Positions 27,407 to 32,000 of a DNA stretch of 32,000 bases are shown one piece after another (the stretch's first letter is position 1; each line of letters starts with the position of its first letter). Source of the stretch: Candidatus Methylomirabilis oxygeniifera (GTDB lineage: Bacteria; Methylomirabilota; Methylomirabilia; Methylomirabilales; Methylomirabilaceae); contig FP565575.1 of assembly GCA_000091165.1 (NCBI GenBank), positions 1,770,001 through 1,802,000 of the forward strand, read 5' to 3'. Position numbers and translations under genes: made by a program. Below the pieces are notes generated by a model. That model worked only from the letters and a program-made list of their open reading frames with translations. It was not told the origin of the DNA and searched no databases.

Positions 27407-28183
27407 TTAGACCCCAAACCGGCGCTCGCGCTGCTGAAAGCTTCGAATGGCTCGGAGAAAGTCGATCTTTCTAAAGACCGGCCAATAGGCGTCACAAAAG
27501 TAATACTCGCTGTACGCGCTCTGCCAGAGCAGGAATCCGCTCAGCCGAACCTCACCGCTGGTCCGGATGATAAGATCAGGGTCAGGCAGATCGTAGGTAT
27601 AAAGATACTTCCCGATCTCATCGATAGAAATCTCGTCAATGATCTGCTCCAGTGGAACCATTCTTGCCGTTTTATCTCTGAGCATCGTCGCAATAGCATC
27701 CGCGATCTCCTGTCGCCCGCCATACCCTACGGCGACATTCAGGCAGAAGGCGTCGTAGTCTCGGGTCGCATCCTCTGCCTCTTGAATCGCCTTCACTGTA
27801 GACTGCGGCAGAAGCTCCATCTTGCCGATGGCCCTGATCCGCATCCGCTTCCGGTGTACCTTGGGATCTCGGGCGATGTCATGCATCTTCTTCTCAATGA
27901 GTGCGAGAAGGCCGTTCACCTCCTCCTGACTTCGCGATACATTTTCGGTAGAGAAGATCCATACCGTGACCATCCGAATCGCAAGCTCTTCACACCAGTT
28001 TAGGACCTCCTCCAATTTCTCCGCTCCTCTCCGATGGCCCTCAAGGAGCGTCGAATAGCCTCGCTCGCGCGCGTATCGCCGATTGCCGTCGAGGATCAGG
28101 CCGATGTGCCGGGGCAGCTCTCCGCCTCGAACCTCCTGAAACAGCCGCCCTTCGTACAGTCGGTACAGCAGATGCTTAAACAT
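27407..28183 (-). CDS. uppS: Isoprenyl transferase (undecaprenyl diphosphate synthase-like)
   Basis: LPRHIGLILDGNRRYARERG, VTVWIFSTENVSRSQEEVNGL, LNVAVGYGGRQEI, DLIIRTSGEVRLSGFLLWQSAYSEYYFCDAYWPVF. ATG at 28183 has GAAGGA upstream; the track ORF starts at a GTG at 28204. Confidence 0.92.
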   Translation of the reverse strand: MFKHLLYRLYEGRLFQEVRGGELPRHIGLILDGNRRYARERGYSTLLEGHRRGAEKLEEVLNWCEELAIRMVTVWIFSTENVSRSQEEVNGLLALIEKKMHDIARDPKVHRKRMRIRAIGKMELLPQSTVKAIQEAEDATRDYDAFCLNVAVGYGGRQEIADAIATMLRDKTARMVPLEQIIDEISIDEIGKYLYTYDLPDPDLIIRTSGEVRLSGFLLWQSAYSEYYFCDAYWPVFRKIDFLRAIRSFQQRERRFGV

Positions 28184-28318
28184 GCCGTATCGTTCCTTCG
28201 TCACTCACTGGCGCCACACCGGTCGCTCCTTAAATCCTTGAATCTTCACCCTCCCCATCGCAGCACCAGGGACTGCGACTGAATACAGAAGACAGGTACG
28301 CGTGGTATGATAAGGAAT

Positions 28319-29407
28319 CTACGACTCCGAAAAATTGAAGGGGGACGGCGTGATAACGCTCAGCAACAGCAGCAGCGACGCAAAGCCCAACAGCCTTCTA
28401 CGGTCATCCAACCGTGTCACATCGTTCAGTGGAGGAGGATGTTTCAGTCCCAGGATCAATGAGAGTGATGCCCAGAACAGCCACCCCGGCCAATACGCGA
28501 TCCCCATGCCGATCAGCGCCAGCAGGGTGACGATCGCCACCCTCCGGTGATGCCGACCCACCAGCGCGTACGAGATGTGGCCGCCATCCAGTTGACCGAT
28601 CGGGAGCAGATTGAGGGCCGTCACGAACAGACCGATCCATCCAGCGAATGCAACCGGGTGCAACAGCACGTCGCCTCCCTCCGGTATCGGTCCCAGCGTT
28701 AACCACTGCAGGAGCGAAAACAGAAGTGGTGTCCCTAGCGCGATGCCGGCATGTTCTTCCGAACCGGTGAGAATCAGCTCCGACCAGCGCAGCCCCACAA
28801 CGATGGCCGGCAGCGCCACGCATAACCCTGCAAGTGGTCCTGCAATCCCGACGTCAAAGAGCGCTCTGCGATCGGTAACCGGCGACTTCATCTTGATGAA
28901 CGCCCCGAAGGTCCCGAGCCCGATCGGAGCGGGGATAAAATAGGGGAGCGTGACCGCGATACCATAGCGTCGAGCGGTGAAGTAGTGCCCGAGCTCATGT
29001 ACACCAAGGATCAACAGCAGCGTGATCGCAAAAGGGAGTCCCAGCGCCAGCGACCGGGGATCGGCAAAGGGGTTGGCGCCTCGATTGGCGGCTCCTACAA
29101 ACACCGTCGTCGCAAGGGTAGCCAGCAGCAGCGCAACATTCACCCACGGACCGGTACGAAACAGCCGTTTCGCAGGTGGGACTCGGAGGATCGTCAGATC
29201 CTCCTCGCTTCGAAGCAGCGGGTAATAGCCGTGGGGCGCAAGCCGTTCCGTCAATTCAGCGATAGCCGCGACGGGATCGATCAGCAATCTTCCTTGTAAG
29301 CGGACGACTCCATCAAACAGGTGTCTCTCGCTGACCACAAAGACGTCTGCCATCTCGCGCTCAAGAAAAAAGAGGACGTCCTCTTCCGGATTCAGCCAGC
29401 TTGCCAT
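28319..29407 (-). CDS. Site-2 protease family (M50) membrane metalloprotease
   Basis: LLILGVHELGHYFTARRYGI (HExxH), NLLPIGQLDGGHISYAL, multiple hydrophobic segments. Confidence 0.92.
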   Translation of the reverse strand: MASWLNPEEDVLFFLEREMADVFVVSERHLFDGVVRLQGRLLIDPVAAIAELTERLAPHGYYPLLRSEEDLTILRVPPAKRLFRTGPWVNVALLLATLATTVFVGAANRGANPFADPRSLALGLPFAITLLLILGVHELGHYFTARRYGIAVTLPYFIPAPIGLGTFGAFIKMKSPVTDRRALFDVGIAGPLAGLCVALPAIVVGLRWSELILTGSEEHAGIALGTPLLFSLLQWLTLGPIPEGGDVLLHPVAFAGWIGLFVTALNLLPIGQLDGGHISYALVGRHHRRVAIVTLLALIGMGIAYWPGWLFWASLSLILGLKHPPPLNDVTRLDDRRRLLGFASLLLLLSVITPSPFNFSES

Positions 29408-29540
29408 ACCTTTTTTATACCACGGACCCTATGAGCGGTCAAACTCCTCCATCACCTCTCCACGAGAGCCCGATTCTACAAAGGGGAGATATGGGGGATG
29501 TGGCTGAAGCTGATGGCTGAGCGCGTTTTTCTAATCAACC

Positions 29541-30515
29541 TCACTGATTCTTGAGGCTTGCGCGACTGACATGGTAGTAAAAGGCCGCTCGGATATTCAG
29601 TCGCTCGAAGCGCATCTGCTCAGAAAACGGACCGAAGGGGTTGGCCAGTCGGATCGCTCGAATCGCCTCGTTATCCAGCGGGGCGAGACCGGACGTCTGC
29701 GTGAGTTGCAGATCGCTTAAGCGGCCATCGCGGGTGATCCCAAAGGTGATTATTAGATTCCCAGTCAGACCCCGCGCGTCCGGAGGGTAACTCCAGACCC
29801 TTTCAATCCGCCTCTTTACCACCATCAGATAGGACGCAAACCGGGAATCCTGACTATCCAACGAGACCGTCGGCCCGGTGGCGGAACCTGTATCACCCTC
29901 ATCTCCGGTATCAGTCGCCTGGCCGGGGTATTGCCCGGCATCGAGGCTTTTCCATAGCATGGCCATTTGACCTCTGAGGTTGGATGGGCGGGTCGATCCA
30001 CCCACGCCCACGCCCTCGCCCTCGAGTGGCTCAACGTGAGCCGCCTTCGGGCCGGGAGCGGCGTCCGCGCCCTGCAACGTTCGCAGCGGCGGCGGCGTCC
30101 ACGGGGTCAGTGCGGTCTGATAGGCAGAAGGAGCATGAGGCCTCACTGTCGCTGCTGATACGGCTGGAGGAGTCACGGTTCTGCGAGAGGAGGCCGATGC
30201 AAGGCGCCGAAAGCGGCGTGAACTGGCCTGCGCTTTTTGCAGACCCGCCTGTTTTGTGCGCCGATGCGCGCGTGCTGTCGTTGTCCTAAGGGTTCTACGA
30301 TCAGGTACCGGCACAGCCCGGGTCCGAATCGATCGATCGACAATCCGAACCTGGAGCGGCCGGTCGGTAGGCAGTCCGGCAGACCGCTGCATGGCGCTGA
30401 TCAGGCCGATAAACACCAGATGCGCCAGCAGCGAAACAACGATAAAGTTGCGGATTTGCGGATGCTCAGCAAACAACATCCGCAACCCGCCATCTTGAAC
30501 CTTGACTCTCAACAC
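29541..30515 (-). CDS. TonB family energy-transducing protein
   Basis: Single N-terminal TM anchor (FIVVSLLAHLVFIGLIS), proline/basic-rich middle, C-terminal RRIERVWSYPPDARGLTGNLIITFGITRDGRLSDLQLTQTSGLAPLDNEAIRAIRLANPFGPF. Confidence 0.9.
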   Translation of the reverse strand: MLRVKVQDGGLRMLFAEHPQIRNFIVVSLLAHLVFIGLISAMQRSAGLPTDRPLQVRIVDRSIRTRAVPVPDRRTLRTTTARAHRRTKQAGLQKAQASSRRFRRLASASSRRTVTPPAVSAATVRPHAPSAYQTALTPWTPPPLRTLQGADAAPGPKAAHVEPLEGEGVGVGGSTRPSNLRGQMAMLWKSLDAGQYPGQATDTGDEGDTGSATGPTVSLDSQDSRFASYLMVVKRRIERVWSYPPDARGLTGNLIITFGITRDGRLSDLQLTQTSGLAPLDNEAIRAIRLANPFGPFSEQMRFERLNIRAAFYYHVSRASLKNQ

Positions 30516-30549
30516 TAGTCGTTACAATAGTCCGCAGTCGCCATATTTG

Positions 30550-31389
30550 TCAAGGGTTGATCGCCTCAGAGGCGTCTTCTCGGGCAGAGAACAGATCCCC
30601 TGCGTCGGGTGCGAAGGTCATCCAGGGAATACCGAGCGCGGGATGCCGATCTACTAGCACGGACACGCCGAAGACCTCTCGTATCGTATTCGGCCGGATG
30701 ACCTCATCCGGGGGACCATCCGCTACGACGCGACCCGATGAGAGAAGGACCAGACGGTCAAAATAGAGTGAAGACAGATTCAGATCGTGAAGCGATGAAA
30801 CAATCGTCAGACGGCGCTGAAGGTTGAGATCTTTGATCAGCGACAGCATCCGGATCTGGTGATTGAGATCGAGAGAGCGGGTCGGTTCGTCGAGCAGCAG
30901 CAAACGTGGCTGTTGTGCCAGCGCCATCGCCAGGATCACCCGCTGGCGTTCCCCTCCGGAGAGTTCGTTGTACAGGCGGCCGGCAGCAGACAGAAGATCC
31001 GTGGCGGCCATCGCCGCTCGTACCGTGTCCAGGTCCGTATGCGCAGGGCCGCGGTAGCGATGCAGATACGGGGTACGCCCCAATAACACCACCTCCCTCA
31101 CTGTGAGGGAATACGGTAGCAGTAATTCCTGGGGAACCATAGCAATCGCCCGCGCCCGCGTCATTCGGCTCATCCCACCCAGATCTTCGCCCTCGAAAGA
31201 GATCGTACCGTCCCCTGGATGCAACACGCCCAGCATCAGCTTCAGGAGCGTCGTCTTTCCCGAGCCATTCGGGCCGAGAATCGCCACCCGTTCACCAGGC
31301 TCGATACACAGATCGATCCCCGCAAGCCCGAAGCCGCTCGAATAGGTGAAATGAACGCCGTCGAGACGCACCCCTGGCCTCATCGCCAC
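30550..31389 (-). CDS. ABC transporter ATP-binding protein (iron-siderophore/cobalamin type)
   Basis: ILGPNGSGKTTLLKLMLG, VPQELLLPYSLTVREVVLLGRTPYL, NELSGGERQRVILAMALAQQPRLLLLDEPT. Likely GTG start at 31389; the track ORF runs into a non-coding upstream frame. Confidence 0.93.
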   Translation of the reverse strand: MAMRPGVRLDGVHFTYSSGFGLAGIDLCIEPGERVAILGPNGSGKTTLLKLMLGVLHPGDGTISFEGEDLGGMSRMTRARAIAMVPQELLLPYSLTVREVVLLGRTPYLHRYRGPAHTDLDTVRAAMAATDLLSAAGRLYNELSGGERQRVILAMALAQQPRLLLLDEPTRSLDLNHQIRMLSLIKDLNLQRRLTIVSSLHDLNLSSLYFDRLVLLSSGRVVADGPPDEVIRPNTIREVFGVSVLVDRHPALGIPWMTFAPDAGDLFSAREDASEAINP

Positions 31390-32000
31390 CCCGACTCCTT
31401 TCCGTTTCGCCGTAGGAGGAAAAGAAAAAGGGGACCGCCGAGCAGGGCCGTGAAGATTCCCACGGGAAGTTCCGCCGGAGCTGTGAGGGAGCGCGCTGCC
31501 GTATCCGCCAGTACCAGCAGGGCTGCGCCGGCCAGGGCCGAAGCCGGTAAGAGCCGTCGGTGATCCGACCCGACCAGAAGGCGTAGGATGTGCGGAACAG
31601 CAAGCCCCAGAAATCCGATCAGACCGCTCACGCTGACGGCAGCGCCCGTCAACAGCGCACCGAGCACAATGATCCGGCCGGACTCTCGATCCAGGTCCAC
31701 TCCCAGAGCTTGCGCCCCCTCTTCTCCCACCGTCAGCGCATTGAGCGACACCGCACAACCATATGCCGCAATAATGCCCGCAACAATGATCGGCCCTACT
31801 GCCAACAGTTGTCGCGGATCATTCACTGCGATCCCACCCATAAGCCAGGTAAAGACTTGACGCAATCGAAACTCGCTCCCCTCGAACAGCAGGATGCTCA
31901 ATGAGCCCAGATAGCCGAGAACCGCATTGACAATGACACCCGCGAGCAACAGGGTCACCGGCGAGCAGCGCCCATCTATCCGCGCAAGCCGGTAGACCAG
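31380..32000 (-). CDS. FecCD/BtuC-type ABC transporter permease, partial (N-terminus beyond right edge)
   Basis: LVYRLARIDGRCSPVTLLLAGVIVNAVLG...ALGVDLDRESGRIIVLGALLTGAAVSVSGLIGFLGLAVPHILRLLVGSDHRRLLPASALAGAALLVLADTAARSL...ELPVGIFTALLGGPLFLFLLRR. Frame open to 32000. Confidence 0.93.
   Translation of the reverse strand: MVYRLARIDGRCSPVTLLLAGVIVNAVLGYLGSLSILLFEGSEFRLRQVFTWLMGGIAVNDPRQLLAVGPIIVAGIIAAYGCAVSLNALTVGEEGAQALGVDLDRESGRIIVLGALLTGAAVSVSGLIGFLGLAVPHILRLLVGSDHRRLLPASALAGAALLVLADTAARSLTAPAELPVGIFTALLGGPLFLFLLRRNGKESGWR

Noticed and set aside
31390-31758. N-terminal extension of the ABC ATPase ORF up to 31758
   Set aside because: Low-complexity sequence overlapping the FecCD permease in another frame. 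The ATPase proper begins at about 31389.

Overview
The window looks like a housekeeping backbone with two accessory islands, both next to tRNA genes. Left island (1..~8.7 kb): a large type III-like/SF2 restriction helicase (continues past the left edge), an Mrr-like PD-(D/E)xK nuclease, a HEPN-motif (RxxxxH) protein, two unknown ORFs and a large serine recombinase. The recombinase reading frame runs into the 3' half of a convergent initiator tRNA gene. Backbone (8.7..19.2 kb): rlmN, a TPR lipoprotein, mltG, ruvX, an endonuclease III-like gene, a threonine synthase fused to a LeuA-type allosteric domain, a small metallopeptidase, rhomboid protease, pcm, sigma-70 factor, SAM hydroxide adenosyltransferase, hotdog thioesterase and tRNA-Leu(CAG). 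Second island (19.3..25.6 kb, minus strand): a putative orthocaspase followed by a 1379-aa protein. That protein appears to combine a catalytically degenerate clostripain-like (C11) domain, an apparently intact CHAT protease domain and an alpha/beta-hydrolase (lipase-like) domain. Downstream lie a RelA/SpoT-type alarmone synthetase and a translationally coupled 79-aa ORF. This is the best candidate for an undescribed protease-cascade, defence-like or regulated-death system. Backbone resumes with a frameshifted msrB, a TIGR04073-like protein, uppS-like, an M50 site-2 protease, TonB, and an iron/B12-type ABC ATPase and permease. All family calls come from reading motifs in the sequence; no database search was run.
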